Below are positions 18,596-29,313 of a stretch of 64,000 nt of DNA, in pieces. Source of the stretch: Gammaproteobacteria bacterium (GTDB taxonomy: Bacteria > Pseudomonadota > Gammaproteobacteria > Eutrophobiales > Eutrophobiaceae). The translations under genes and the position numbers were made by a program. Numbering within the stretch: position 1 is the stretch's first letter; each line of letters opens with the position of its first letter. The stretch covers positions 672,001-736,000 of the forward strand of contig OZ220696.1 of NCBI GenBank assembly GCA_965116495.1, in the 5' to 3' direction. The notes below the pieces were generated by a model, which ran no database searches, was not told where the DNA came from, and worked only from the letters and a program-made list of their open reading frames with translations.

Positions 18596-18904
18596 ATGTT
18601 GACGGTCGGCACGGACTGGGTTGTCACCCCGACCCCGAACCTGTTCCCGGCCCTGGAGGGCATGCTTGACCGGGGAGATGAATCGCTCGATTTGCCGGCG
18701 GCGATCAATGCATTGACCATTAACGGCGCCTTTGCCGTGGGCCGGGAGGCTTCCAGCGGCTCCCTGCAAGAGGGCAAAGACGCCGATTTCATCGTATTGG
18801 ACCGTAACCTGTTTGAAATTCCAATTGCTGACATCAGTGAAACGCGCGTTTTGAGAACGGTATTCGAAGGAGGTACCGTCTTCAATGCTGAGGAGAGTCG
18901 ATAG
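18596..18904 (+). pseudogene. C-terminal remnant of an Amidohydro_3 amidohydrolase
   Basis: GTDWVV...TINGA...GSLQEGKDADFIVLDRNLFEIP...VLRTVFEG aligns by eye with the C-termini of the intact enzymes at 33675-37303; the N-terminal ~450 aa are absent. Confidence 0.8.
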
Positions 18905-18939
18905 GGGACGGCAAGGGGCCTGCTCAGAAGTTATGACAG

Positions 18940-19887
18940 TTAATTGAGCGCATACATCCGGGTACTGATCTCAGCATTCAGTTTTCCGGCTTCTTTCCTC
19001 AGATTATCCAGAAAGCTGGAAACCAGTCTGGTCTCGCTGCCTGTTTTCGGCAGGACCAGGTAAATATCGAATTTATAATCAAAGTCGAAAGGAATCCATA
19101 CGAGGCCCTTCATTTCATAGTCCATTGCTTCTAATACAGGAACAAGTGCAACACCCAATCCGCAACTCACAAATTCGCATGCAACGTGACTCGTTGAGAC
19201 ACTGATCATGCTCCTTGGTTTGACTTTATCTGCATCCAGCTTGTTTTTTACAGCCGACCGCCAGTCTTCCTTTTCCGACTTCCATTCATCTACTTGTGTC
19301 AAGGTGATCAGGGTTTCCCCATTAAAGTCGCTCGAGGATATAACCGGCCGGCCCGCTTTTTTGTGGTCCGGCGGCAGCACACAAACCAGTGGTAATTGCA
19401 TCAACAGTTCCTGTCTGACACCAATGTTGTCTCCCATCTCCATACAAAAGCCCAAATCGACACGCCCGGAAGCGACCCATGTGCCGATATCCTGGGTTGT
19501 GCTTACCAGTAAAGAGACTGAATAATGATCGTACGCCCGGAGGAATCCCGTCACGACCTGCGGCAACCACCTGTACGACAGGCTGTGCATCGAACCGATT
19601 TTGATCTCGTACTTCACTTCGCCGGACAGGTGTTTTACAAAGTTCTCGAGGTGGGAAACACCGACATAGGTGCGTTTGATCTCTTCATACAGCGCCTGGG
19701 CTTCCGGCGTTGGAACCAGGCGGTTATTGTTGCGCACGAACAGATTGACACCGCTGCTCGCCTCCAGCAATTTCAAGTGTTTGCTCACGGACGGCTGCGA
19801 AATCCGTAAGTGGAGGGCCGCGGTGGTCGTCGAGCCATGCTCCATGACGGCAGCGAATACCTCTATCTGTTTAATGTTCAGCTTCAT
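18940..19887 (-). CDS. LysR-family transcriptional regulator
   Basis: IEVFAAVMEHGSTTTAALHLRISQPSVSKHLKLLE...LFVR HTH plus substrate-binding domain. Confidence 0.95.
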   Translation of the reverse strand: MKLNIKQIEVFAAVMEHGSTTTAALHLRISQPSVSKHLKLLEASSGVNLFVRNNNRLVPTPEAQALYEEIKRTYVGVSHLENFVKHLSGEVKYEIKIGSMHSLSYRWLPQVVTGFLRAYDHYSVSLLVSTTQDIGTWVASGRVDLGFCMEMGDNIGVRQELLMQLPLVCVLPPDHKKAGRPVISSSDFNGETLITLTQVDEWKSEKEDWRSAVKNKLDADKVKPRSMISVSTSHVACEFVSCGLGVALVPVLEAMDYEMKGLVWIPFDFDYKFDIYLVLPKTGSETRLVSSFLDNLRKEAGKLNAEISTRMYALN

Positions 19888-20017
19888 ACTTTTACCCGGC
19901 GGCCCGGTATTCTCTCAATATATAGCCGAACCAGGTTGATTAGTCTATGCTGGTATCGAAGAAATCATATCCAGGATATCATTTTGCCTACAGCATTATG
20001 CCAATACAGGTTCTGAC

Positions 20018-20704
20018 ATGAAAAGACGCAGTTGTTCCTTTTATATTCTGGCAGTCATGACTGCATTCAGTGTGTGTGGGTTCGGCGCGGAGGAGAAGCC
20101 CCCCAATGTTATCCTGATCCTCGCAGATAATTTGAACCCTGACTTACTGGGTCCTTACGGGAATACGGAAATAAGGACGCCGAACCTGGATAAAATGGCA
20201 CGTGATGGGCTCACGTTCGATCGGGCATTCTCAGTCAGTGGAGTTTGTTCTCCGGCCAGGGCTTCACTGTTGACCGGGTTGTTACCCTCTCAGACAGGTG
20301 TCCACAATGCGTTGCCTTCAGGTTTCGGGGTGCAAAACTGGTCAGCAATCGAGGAGTTTCGCAATCTACCACAGACTTTAAGTGACGCTGGATACGTGAC
20401 GGGACTGGTAGGTAAATACCATCTTGGGCAGCCGGATAATGCGCAGTTGGGATTTGACTACTGGGTGACACTTCCCAGCGGTCACACCAATAGTTTTTTT
20501 GGCGCTACAATTATTGACAATAATCGAACCTATTGGGAAGAGGACACCCATTTGACGGATTTCTGGACGGCAAAGGCGGAAGAGTTCATCCGTCGAAATA
20601 CCAGCGGGACCCATCCTTTTTTTCTGTTTCTCTCCTATAACGGCCCTTATAACCTTGCGCCGGTAGTGCTGAATCCTCCGAACAACCGCATTTTCAGGGA
20701 CTGA
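20018..20704 (+). pseudogene. Formylglycine-dependent sulfatase, C-terminally truncated
   Basis: Signal peptide, PNVILILADN, CSPARASLLTG, GKYHLG, PFFLFLSYNGP; ends at 228 aa (family is typically ~450-550 aa), abutting the dctM stop. Confidence 0.8.
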
Positions 20705-20705
20705 A

Positions 20706-22007
20706 TTATGCGGTCATCAACTCCGGCAGCCAGAGCGCAAGCCAGGGGAAGAAAACGAGCAAAACCACCGCCAGCAGCATCAACAGAAACATCGGAAATG
20801 CAGCTTTTGAAACCACGGCAATACCGGCGCCGCTCATGGCATCAACCAGGAATAAATTAAAACCTATCGGCGGGGTGAGTAAAGCCATTTCGCTGACGAG
20901 CACGATGAATACGCCGAACCAGATCATATCTATTCCGGCGCTGCGCAGCAATGGCTCCAGAATGGCCATGGTCAGTAATATCATGGAAAAACCATCCAGA
21001 AACATTCCGAGAAACAAATAGAATAACGTCAGCACGGCTATCAACATCATTGGCGAAAGATTCATGCTGCCTATCCAGTAGGCAAGGTCGCCGGGTAAGC
21101 CGGTAAACGCCATGGCAAGGCCAAGGAATGAACTGCCGGCAATCAATAACATGATCATTGACATGACCTGGACGGTGCCATCCAGTGAATGGACCAGGGT
21201 TTTGACGGACAGGCTGCCCTGGAAAAAAGACAGTACCAGCGCGCCGATCACACCAACTGCGGCGGCCTCTATCGGCGAGGCTATACCAAGAAAAATGGAG
21301 CCGATGACCGATCCAATCAGAATCACCACCGGTAGAAGCTTTACAAGCCCCCCGATTTTTTCAGCCAGGGTCGCATGGGCTTCGCGCAATGATCGCCCTT
21401 CCGCGGTAAGCAGCCCCCAGGAAAAAATATAACCGGAGAACAAAAGAGATAACATCAAACCGGGAATAACGCCTGCGATAAAAAGACGCCCAATGGATTC
21501 TTCCACCGTCACGCCATACACAATCAGGGTTATCGACGGCGGGATCAGGAGACCGACAGTTCCGGCGCCGGCCAGGCTTCCCAGTGCCAACGAGGCGGGA
21601 TAGCCATGTTTTTTCAACTCGGGAATGGTCATCTTGCCGACCGTCGTCAGGGTTGCAGCGCTGGAGCCCGACAGGGCCGCAAAGGTGGCGCATCCCAGGG
21701 TATTAACGTGCAACAGGCCTCCGGGCAGGCGCCGCAACCATGGCGAGAGTCCGGAAAACAGATTTTCCGACAGTTTCGAGCGGAACAGTATCTCGCCCAT
21801 CCAGATGAACAGCGGCAGCGAAGTCAGACTCCAGGTTGCTGAATGGGACCAGATAGTCGTTGCCATTGCGTCCCCGAAATTCAAATCCGTAAACAGCAAC
21901 ATGGCCACCATACCGGTCGCCAGCAGCGACAAGCCGACCCAGACCCCGAGTCCGAGTAAAGCGAGCAGCGCGAAAATCAGAAAAAATACTGCGATTATCT
22001 GTTCCAT
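20706..22007 (-). CDS. dctM: TRAP transporter large permease
   Basis: Polytopic membrane protein; SGSSAAT, LIPPSI, LTPPIGFNLF motifs. Confidence 0.95.
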   Translation of the reverse strand: MEQIIAVFFLIFALLALLGLGVWVGLSLLATGMVAMLLFTDLNFGDAMATTIWSHSATWSLTSLPLFIWMGEILFRSKLSENLFSGLSPWLRRLPGGLLHVNTLGCATFAALSGSSAATLTTVGKMTIPELKKHGYPASLALGSLAGAGTVGLLIPPSITLIVYGVTVEESIGRLFIAGVIPGLMLSLLFSGYIFSWGLLTAEGRSLREAHATLAEKIGGLVKLLPVVILIGSVIGSIFLGIASPIEAAAVGVIGALVLSFFQGSLSVKTLVHSLDGTVQVMSMIMLLIAGSSFLGLAMAFTGLPGDLAYWIGSMNLSPMMLIAVLTLFYLFLGMFLDGFSMILLTMAILEPLLRSAGIDMIWFGVFIVLVSEMALLTPPIGFNLFLVDAMSGAGIAVVSKAAFPMFLLMLLAVVLLVFFPWLALWLPELMTA

Positions 22008-22042
22008 GAAAGGCGCCGGTCTAAAATGGATGGATAAGGCGG

Positions 22043-22597
22043 CTATTCATGGCCGTGAGTTACAGGATTCAGCTCTCGTAATAGCGCATGTACGAGGGAA
22101 ACCGTTAAAACAAGGAAACCGAACGCCATCGGCGCTTGCGGGATCCAGAGTCGTCTGTCTAGTATTTCATCTGTTCCAGTACTTCGATCGTCCAGGATTA
22201 CCGAAACCAATACCATTTTGACCAGGTAGAAACTCATGAAGGAACTAAGCCCCGTTGCGAGAAACAGGCTGAGCACCTCCATTGCCTTACGCACCAGGCC
22301 CTGTGTCCGGTTGAGCAATAGCGTCATCCTGATATGTTTGTTCAGGCCGAAGGTGTAAGCCAGTCCCAGGGCGCCGGCCGCGCCGACGCAATAACTTGCA
22401 AACTCGTTGGTGCCGGGGGTGTAGCTACCCAGTATTCTGTCGACTATATTTATGAGCACTGACACGAGTGTCATCAACACGAACAGGGATGCCAGGTAAC
22501 CGCAGGTGCGGTAAGTGGCATTCAGGGCACTTTCAACAAACCTGGTCACAGGATTTCTCATACGGGTTATATGATTACGCTCCAGACATGCTTCCAA
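22043..22597 (-). CDS. dctQ: TRAP transporter small permease
   Basis: 4 TM segments, HIRMTLL motif, between dctP and dctM. Confidence 0.9.
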   Translation of the reverse strand: MEACLERNHITRMRNPVTRFVESALNATYRTCGYLASLFVLMTLVSVLINIVDRILGSYTPGTNEFASYCVGAAGALGLAYTFGLNKHIRMTLLLNRTQGLVRKAMEVLSLFLATGLSSFMSFYLVKMVLVSVILDDRSTGTDEILDRRLWIPQAPMAFGFLVLTVSLVHALLRELNPVTHGHE

Positions 22598-22600
22598 ACA

Positions 22601-23584
22601 TCAGGGGCTGCGCAGTTTCCGAAGAATTGATTCACCTTCAGCGCCGGCGCGCAGCACCCATTCTGACGCCATCTGCTGCCCTATTTGTTCGAAATAACCG
22701 GCCATCTCAGGGGAGACATCCTGTACTGTCATTCCTGCCTGTCGCATCGTCGCGTTATATGAATTCTCCATGGTGACAACGTCCGACCAGATTGCCTGTT
22801 CGGTTTCAGTTGCAATCCGCAGTATCGTGGATTGCGACCCGGCATCGAGATCGTTCCAGGCGTCCAGGTTTGCGATAACGGAAGAAGTCGGAAACTCAGC
22901 ATTGATTGTGTAGTAGTGATCAATGTAATCCCACAGTTTCTGGGACACTCCGGTTGCTCCCGAGGCAAACGATCCGTCGATGACGGATGTTGAAAATGCA
23001 AGGGCAATTTCCGAAGGTTCGGTTTTTGTCGGAATGCCGTTGGCGAGTTGAACTATCCTGGTCGTCGTATAGTTATAAGTCCGTATCTTCATGCCCTTTA
23101 AGTCCTCAGGGTTTTCCAGGCGTTTCGCGGAGAACAGGCCCTGCGGGTTCCACAATGCACTGTAGACAAGTTTCAGGTTTTTTCTCCTGAGAACTTCCTC
23201 GAGCGCAGGTCTGGATATCGTAATTAGCCTTTTTGCTTCTTCCACATCCTTGACCAGGAACGGCAGGTTGCCGAGTGCGAAAAACGGATGTTCACTCGGG
23301 TGTAAAAACAGACCCGTGGAACCGATATGCACCTGCCCGGTCCGCACTGCACGAAAAATATCCGCTGCCTTGAACAGGGACCCCCCAGTGTGAACAGCAA
23401 TTCTAAGCCTTCCCTCAGTTTCGCGTTCAACCCTCTCTGCAAATTTAATATGATGCCCGGTAACGAATGCGTTCGACGAAATGGGCGTCGGGAAATGCCA
23501 GACCTGTTCCCCCCAGGCCGGCATGACTCCCGGTAATGAAAGCAGGAATCCTGCCCACAATCGCAGTATCACGCTGGCCCGCAT
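22601..23584 (-). CDS. dctP: TRAP transporter substrate-binding protein
   Basis: Signal peptide; EDLKGMKIRT motif; GGSLFK. Confidence 0.92.
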   Translation of the reverse strand: MRASVILRLWAGFLLSLPGVMPAWGEQVWHFPTPISSNAFVTGHHIKFAERVERETEGRLRIAVHTGGSLFKAADIFRAVRTGQVHIGSTGLFLHPSEHPFFALGNLPFLVKDVEEAKRLITISRPALEEVLRRKNLKLVYSALWNPQGLFSAKRLENPEDLKGMKIRTYNYTTTRIVQLANGIPTKTEPSEIALAFSTSVIDGSFASGATGVSQKLWDYIDHYYTINAEFPTSSVIANLDAWNDLDAGSQSTILRIATETEQAIWSDVVTMENSYNATMRQAGMTVQDVSPEMAGYFEQIGQQMASEWVLRAGAEGESILRKLRSP

Positions 23585-23645
23585 ACCTCACCAAGGGATG
23601 CGGGCTTTATCAAGCACTGATTTGTAGGCTGCTATCATTTGACTT

Positions 23646-25208
23646 TTACCCGCAATTACCGCCTGTATCGGGAATTCGGAACACATCTCTCTGAAACGTC
23701 ATAAATTGCTCCACCTGCGCGCGCTGCTCCTCATCCGACCAGTGCAGGAGCGGCCCGACAATGTCCGCGGCGCTTTGAACTTCGGAAACTGTGAGCTTGC
23801 GCCGCCAGGCCAGGCTAGTCCGGCGCAGCAACACATCGGCGAGTGTTTTTGCGAATTCCCGCCTTACGCTGTTCTCCAGATGCGAAACGCGCACCTCCGG
23901 CTCGTCAGCAACAAACGACGGGGAATTGTCGCCATTGGAAAATTCGAAAGGCTCGTAGTTTACCTGCCCCTTGTTCCCGGAGGGTTTCAATAGCGCTGCT
24001 ACGGCTTCCAGAAGCAATCGTCCCGTACTCCTGTGACTCATTATGGGGCCGCCGGTCAGGGCAAATACGCCGGGAAAACCTTGCGCGGTTAAATCGTGCA
24101 GCATGCGGGTGCGGGTCTGCAGGCCGTCTTCGCTGGGGGTCAAAGAGCGTATTCCGGCCCAGCTGCTCACTACATCTTTACGGCTCAACCGGCGTCCGGG
24201 CAACAGCGTATTGAATTCTTCGATGAGAAAGTCGATGTCATCTTCGCTACAGGATACATTCGTAGCATCGCCGTCAAACGGTGTTTCGGTCACACCGATC
24301 GAAAACAGGTTCTTGTGAAACGGCAGAACGTAAAATGGTTCTCCATGCCGATTTACGTGGGCAATGCCAAAACCGTTGTAGGTTTCGGGCAACTCTACCA
24401 CGATGTGGGAGCCTTTGGTCATTTGCACGATTGGTTTTTTGCCCGGAGTGGACGGCAGAACATCGTCTGTCCAGGTGCCTGCCATGTTCAAAACCACCGG
24501 CGCTGTCACCTCTATTGCGGAAAGGTGCATGTTGGCAACATCGCGCAGGTATACAACCCAGTCGCCATCGGATTTTCGTTGTTTTATACCGGCTTTACAA
24601 TAATTGACCAATGTGGCGCCGTTCCTTTGCGCGTCCAGCAACATATCGATACAGAAACGCTCCGGCCAATCAAATTTGAATTCATTGTAGCAGGCGATCG
24701 AATGAAGTTTGTCAGGGTCCCGCAAATCCTCAAAGAACGGCACTGTGTCGGAATGGTTTTGCCTGACTATTTCATGATCCAACTGGGCACTGCCGTCACC
24801 CAGCAGGCTCAGCAGCCTCAGTCCCGCATCCAGGTGCCAGGTCTTGAATTCACCATCACGATAAACGGGAAAACACATCCTGTACCGGAAAATACGATTG
24901 CCCGCGTTAACCATGTGTTCACTTACACCCTGCATGGCCTGGCGCGCGCCCCGCACTGCGTTCAGGAAAAAACCGGGGTGCAGCGCGAAATGCCTTAGCG
25001 GGTTTCTTGCCTCGAAGAACCTCAGGCCGATGTGGAGCATCCGGCCCGACCTGCCGCTGGCTCCTGATCCGAAGTCTTCCTTGTCGACCAACAGGCAGTC
25101 GTATCCCTCCGCCGCCAGGTTCTGTGCGGCGCTGGAACCGTTGATCCCTCCACCTATGACAATTACATCGAAACGTCGTCCCTGAAGCTCCGGAACAGCA
25201 GATTCCAC
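23646..25208 (-). CDS. GlpD-like FAD-dependent oxidoreductase (glycerol-3-phosphate dehydrogenase/oxidase family)
   Basis: VIGGGINGS, DFGSGASGRSGRMLHIGLRF, KGSHIVV, SWAGIR, DVLLRRT. Confidence 0.85.
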   Translation of the reverse strand: MESAVPELQGRRFDVIVIGGGINGSSAAQNLAAEGYDCLLVDKEDFGSGASGRSGRMLHIGLRFFEARNPLRHFALHPGFFLNAVRGARQAMQGVSEHMVNAGNRIFRYRMCFPVYRDGEFKTWHLDAGLRLLSLLGDGSAQLDHEIVRQNHSDTVPFFEDLRDPDKLHSIACYNEFKFDWPERFCIDMLLDAQRNGATLVNYCKAGIKQRKSDGDWVVYLRDVANMHLSAIEVTAPVVLNMAGTWTDDVLPSTPGKKPIVQMTKGSHIVVELPETYNGFGIAHVNRHGEPFYVLPFHKNLFSIGVTETPFDGDATNVSCSEDDIDFLIEEFNTLLPGRRLSRKDVVSSWAGIRSLTPSEDGLQTRTRMLHDLTAQGFPGVFALTGGPIMSHRSTGRLLLEAVAALLKPSGNKGQVNYEPFEFSNGDNSPSFVADEPEVRVSHLENSVRREFAKTLADVLLRRTSLAWRRKLTVSEVQSAADIVGPLLHWSDEEQRAQVEQFMTFQRDVFRIPDTGGNCG

Positions 25209-25434
25209 TTGTGTAACCCCGATCTGGCTATGTATGTACTTTAAGATTTATACTGCGCCGTGAAGAGACCGTACAATACTTTATTCTCATGCAGGTATCA
25301 TAATAACGCATGACCGTGGCAGGACTGCTTCACAACATTCAATTAATTAATAGTGTTGGCAAATAATTGTATTGGATGAAATTTGCTTATTGATATGTAC
25401 TTCCAACGATTATGACCAGTTTAGGGGATATATT

Positions 25435-27681
25435 GTGAAAAAATCCACATCCTGCCTGTATCAACTGCAGACTTTACTCCTGGCAACGGCTTTTACCGGC
25501 CCATCCTTCGGGCAAAGCGACAATACCCTGGAAGAAATTGTTGTTACCGCCAACAAACGTGGCGCTGTTTCACTTCAGGACACGGCCGGCAGTATCACGG
25601 CAATTAGCGCGGATACGCTCGAGAGAACCCTGGTGGAAGGGTTTGAAGATTACATCAAGATGGTGCCGGGACTGACTTCCGTCAGTTCAGGCCCGGGTCA
25701 GTCGCAGATCGTAATTCGAGGGGTCAATGCAGTCAGGATTATCCACAACGCTCCCCAGACCCGCTCGCTGGCGGGCCTCTATATTGATGAAATGCCGATT
25801 TCCGTGGCCGGATACAACCCTGATTTAGGTGTTGTCGATATTGAGCGGATAGAAGTCCTGCGCGGCCCCCAGGGTACGCTTTACGGCGCCAGTTCCATGG
25901 CCGGCACGATCCGGGTCGTAACCGCAAAGCCCGATACCGGGGAGTTTTCGGGAAATTTCGGCGCAAATGTCTCCCACACCGAAGATGGTGACATAAATCA
26001 CAGGGTGAAAGGGTCCGTGAATGTGCCGATTTCGGACCGGGTTGCCATGCGTCTCAACGCCTACAACACCTCAAAAGGCGGATTTATCGATAATGTAGCC
26101 CCGGGCATGGAAGAAGAAGATTACAACAGCGAGGAGATTTATGGCGGCAGGGCGCAAATAGCCTACTATGGTGACAAGCTGAATGCCGTGGCGGCCATTA
26201 TGTACAACGATCTGGAATCGGATGGGCCGCCCGATGAATACCTGCCAAGCCCTGATGATCCCATCATCGGCGCGGTGAGCAAAGAATTCGAGACCGTCAA
26301 GCTCGTTCAGGATTTTTATAGCCAGGAGTTTTTCGCTTTCAATTTTAATCTCGATTACGATTTGGGTCCGGTCCTGTTCACCTCGGCTACCTCGTATTTC
26401 GATATGGAAATCGCGAAGAGCCTGGATGACACCTACCGGGTGCTTGCAGTGACGCCAATACGCGCACCATGGAGCGATTACCAGGCCTGGGATACGAGCG
26501 AGTCCGTCATCCAGGAAATACGCCTGTCTTCAAACAATGATACGCGGCTGGAATGGCTGATTGGCGGTTACTACGAAGCCAATGACAGGGAATTCCTGCA
26601 AACGCAACCTACTCCCGGCCTGAATGCATTTTTTGTTTCCATAGGCGGCCCTCCTCCCTGCCCGACACTGACCGGACCTTGTTTCGGCGCGGTGGCGGAT
26701 TCCGTGTTTGATGGGACGACGACTATTGATTCGGAGCAGTTCGCGGTGTTTGGCGAGGCCACCTTGCATGTCACCGACGCGCTCAGGTTGAAACTCGGTT
26801 TCCGCTATTTCGATTATGAGAACGACGCGTACATCCTGGGTTCCGGGGTTGCCAATGGCGGTCTGACCGTCGATGAGGATATCATCAAACAGGATGACTG
26901 GGTACCCAAGGTTGAAGTATCTTTTGACGTATCCGAAGATCACATGGTCTATGCCACTTATTCGGAAGGTTTCCGATTAGGCGGGATAAACGGTTTTATC
27001 CCCGAGGCCTGTCGCGCCGAAGTGACGGCACTGGGGTCAAGCTGGAACGCGCCGTTTAACTCAGACAGCCTGGAAAACTATGAGGTCGGCGCTAAAACCT
27101 CCTGGCTTGATAATCGTCTGACCGCGAACCTGGCCGTTTATTACAACGAATTTGACGACATTCAAACGAACGTCCCGCTGGATTGCGGCTTTTTCCAGAT
27201 GTTGAATTCAGGCAAGATCGAAAACACCGGCTTTGAGGGCGATTTCACTTTCCTGGCATCGGAAGCATTGACGTTGCAATTCGGGTTTGCTTATGTGGAT
27301 TCAGAAGTTGCGACTTCCATCCCCGGTGTGAATGCCGATGGAGATGAACCGCCTTATATCCCGGAATTCACCGCATCCGGTTCTGTTGATTACGGCATAC
27401 CTCTGGGGAACGGCTCCGGTTTCATTCGAGCAGACGTGCGGCACGTGGGCAGTTCCGGCAACGAATTTTCGTCACAACCGACTATCAGCATTTTACCGTC
27501 TTACACCATTGTCGATCTGACCCTGGGTTATGAAATGAACAACTGGTCATTAAGCGTCTTTGCCAGGAATCTGTTTGATGACGATGTCATCACCAATATC
27601 GACCCTGACCGTGTGCAACCGGAGCAGTTAAGCCGCGGCCTGCCCAGAACGATCGGCATCGGCGTAACCAGAAGTTTCTGA
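25435..27681 (+). CDS. TonB-dependent receptor
   Basis: GTG start after AGGGGA; TonB box LEEIVVTA, DIERIEVLRGPQGTLYG plug motif, C-terminal Phe. Confidence 0.95.
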   Translation: MKKSTSCLYQLQTLLLATAFTGPSFGQSDNTLEEIVVTANKRGAVSLQDTAGSITAISADTLERTLVEGFEDYIKMVPGLTSVSSGPGQSQIVIRGVNAVRIIHNAPQTRSLAGLYIDEMPISVAGYNPDLGVVDIERIEVLRGPQGTLYGASSMAGTIRVVTAKPDTGEFSGNFGANVSHTEDGDINHRVKGSVNVPISDRVAMRLNAYNTSKGGFIDNVAPGMEEEDYNSEEIYGGRAQIAYYGDKLNAVAAIMYNDLESDGPPDEYLPSPDDPIIGAVSKEFETVKLVQDFYSQEFFAFNFNLDYDLGPVLFTSATSYFDMEIAKSLDDTYRVLAVTPIRAPWSDYQAWDTSESVIQEIRLSSNNDTRLEWLIGGYYEANDREFLQTQPTPGLNAFFVSIGGPPPCPTLTGPCFGAVADSVFDGTTTIDSEQFAVFGEATLHVTDALRLKLGFRYFDYENDAYILGSGVANGGLTVDEDIIKQDDWVPKVEVSFDVSEDHMVYATYSEGFRLGGINGFIPEACRAEVTALGSSWNAPFNSDSLENYEVGAKTSWLDNRLTANLAVYYNEFDDIQTNVPLDCGFFQMLNSGKIENTGFEGDFTFLASEALTLQFGFAYVDSEVATSIPGVNADGDEPPYIPEFTASGSVDYGIPLGNGSGFIRADVRHVGSSGNEFSSQPTISILPSYTIVDLTLGYEMNNWSLSVFARNLFDDDVITNIDPDRVQPEQLSRGLPRTIGIGVTRSF

Positions 27682-27709
27682 AACGGCCTCTACTGTTATC
27701 ATCTGGTCA

Positions 27710-27740
27710 GCCAGCGCCATCTTTCACAGACGGCGCTGGC
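27710..27740 (+). terminator. GC-rich stem-loop downstream of the TonB receptor (weak terminator or mRNA stabiliser)
   Basis: GCCAGCGCC...GGCGCTGGC inverted repeat; no clear U-tract. Confidence 0.4.
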
Positions 27741-27926
27741 CCCCAAAAGGCGGCTGTTATTTCCTTCAGGTCGTTGATAAGACCACATTCGTAATTATTT
27801 TCCCGCTTCTCAAACAATTACGTCTGTTAGGGTTTATAATCCGGCAGAGCGCAGGTGCAGGATATGTGACAAGGTCGGTGTGACTTGTGCCCAGCACAGA
27901 CAAATCATCTCTGGACAGGACATTGA

Positions 27927-29108
27927 ATGAGCAAAAACGTAGAACTGTTCGATAACTGGCTGCGCACGTCATTCGTCGAAATGAATACCGAACTGGAGGA
28001 GATTTATTTCGGGCAGGAAGACCGGCAGGCCGTTGCCGGTGTAGGCGACCCCATCAAGCAAGACCTGGTTGAGGAAGGCAACAGCTATATCATTCCCCTG
28101 CTGCAGGAAGGCAATACGGATGAAGGCTTTGACCGGCAATATAACCTGCTCGGTTGTGTCGGCTTTTACATGGCCGCGTGCCGCCGGCATGATATTACCG
28201 AACCGTCACGGGAGACGACTTCTCCCCTGGTAGAGGCTTCCGCGCTCGCCCTGCACCTAGCGACCACCCTGGGTGTGACCCCGCGCTTTGCCACCAGCCA
28301 TATGGCGACTTTCAATCCGGCAAAAGACGGTGTTTACCGCACGTTTACCTCGTTGAAGGATGAGTTCCTGTTCCTGGATTACAACACGCTGGGTATTTTT
28401 GCCTATCAGCGCGCGGCCGATGCGCTGAGAAGAATATTGCCGCTGGGCATCTCACATCCCCTTGCGAGCTATTTGTTTCATCTCACAAAAACAGCCCTGG
28501 AAGACGTCATCGTGTTCAACGACAGGTTGTTTGATGAACTGGACACCGACCGTTTCTTCAACTGCGTACGGCCGTATTACAAACCTTACCGGGTAGGGCC
28601 CAACGTCTATCGCGGCGCGAACGCGGGTGACTTTGCCGGCATAAATGTCATCGACCTGCTGCTGGGTCTTTGCCGCGCGGATAATCCGTCCTATGCGCAG
28701 GTACTGGTCGACAAGTTCCTGTTCATGCTGCCCGAGGAACAGGAGTTGTTGCGGGATTGCATGCGGCGCAGGAGCTTTCTGGACCAGTTCCTGGACGAAC
28801 TGGACGGGTACAGTGCCAAGGACTGGTTTCAAGACAACCTTAAAGCATACCTGGAGGTTGTCGAGATTCATGGTAAAGGCGCGGCTTCCCACCATGACAA
28901 ACTGGTGAAGAAATTCATTGAGAAACCGGCACACGCACTGCCGGATGAGGGGCTGGTCAACATTACCGCCAGCGGTCCCCCACTACCTGTGCTGCTGGAT
29001 GCACTGGAAAAATTACGCGACCTGCGTCTTGCAGCGGACAGGGATGACATTCCCAGCCGTTACCATGATTTGCATGAATTGAGAAGTTGCATTAATTATA
29101 ATTCATAA
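27927..29108 (+). CDS. PrnB-family (DUF1864) heme enzyme, IDO/TDO-like superfamily
   Basis: FDNWLRTSFVEMNTELE, VRPYYKPYRVG...YRGANAGDFAGINVIDLLLGLC, HDKLV, TASGPPL motifs recognised from PrnB-family proteins. Confidence 0.8.
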   Translation: MSKNVELFDNWLRTSFVEMNTELEEIYFGQEDRQAVAGVGDPIKQDLVEEGNSYIIPLLQEGNTDEGFDRQYNLLGCVGFYMAACRRHDITEPSRETTSPLVEASALALHLATTLGVTPRFATSHMATFNPAKDGVYRTFTSLKDEFLFLDYNTLGIFAYQRAADALRRILPLGISHPLASYLFHLTKTALEDVIVFNDRLFDELDTDRFFNCVRPYYKPYRVGPNVYRGANAGDFAGINVIDLLLGLCRADNPSYAQVLVDKFLFMLPEEQELLRDCMRRRSFLDQFLDELDGYSAKDWFQDNLKAYLEVVEIHGKGAASHHDKLVKKFIEKPAHALPDEGLVNITASGPPLPVLLDALEKLRDLRLAADRDDIPSRYHDLHELRSCINYNS

Positions 29109-29112
29109 CCAT

Positions 29113-29313
29113 TTGTTCTATAAAAATTATATAATTCCTGTTGTTTATATTCTACTGACGATCCTCGGCATACCCTGGTACCTGCCGCCGGAACTCACAA
29201 CGATGATCTTCGGGTTTCCGTTATGGGTCGCCATATCCCTGCTTGTCATATTCGCCGGTGCAATGTTTACCGCCTGGCTGTACCTGTTCGGTTTTCCGGA
29301 AGATGATTGCTGA
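29113..29313 (+). CDS. Small two-TM protein (SSS transporter small subunit, DUF3311/DUF997-like)
   Basis: IPWY...IFGFPLWV pattern; stop overlaps the start of the symporter. Confidence 0.75.
   Translation: MFYKNYIIPVVYILLTILGIPWYLPPELTTMIFGFPLWVAISLLVIFAGAMFTAWLYLFGFPEDDC

Noticed and set aside
27927-29108. Pyrrolnitrin biosynthetic cluster
   Set aside because: No prnA, prnC or prnD in the window.
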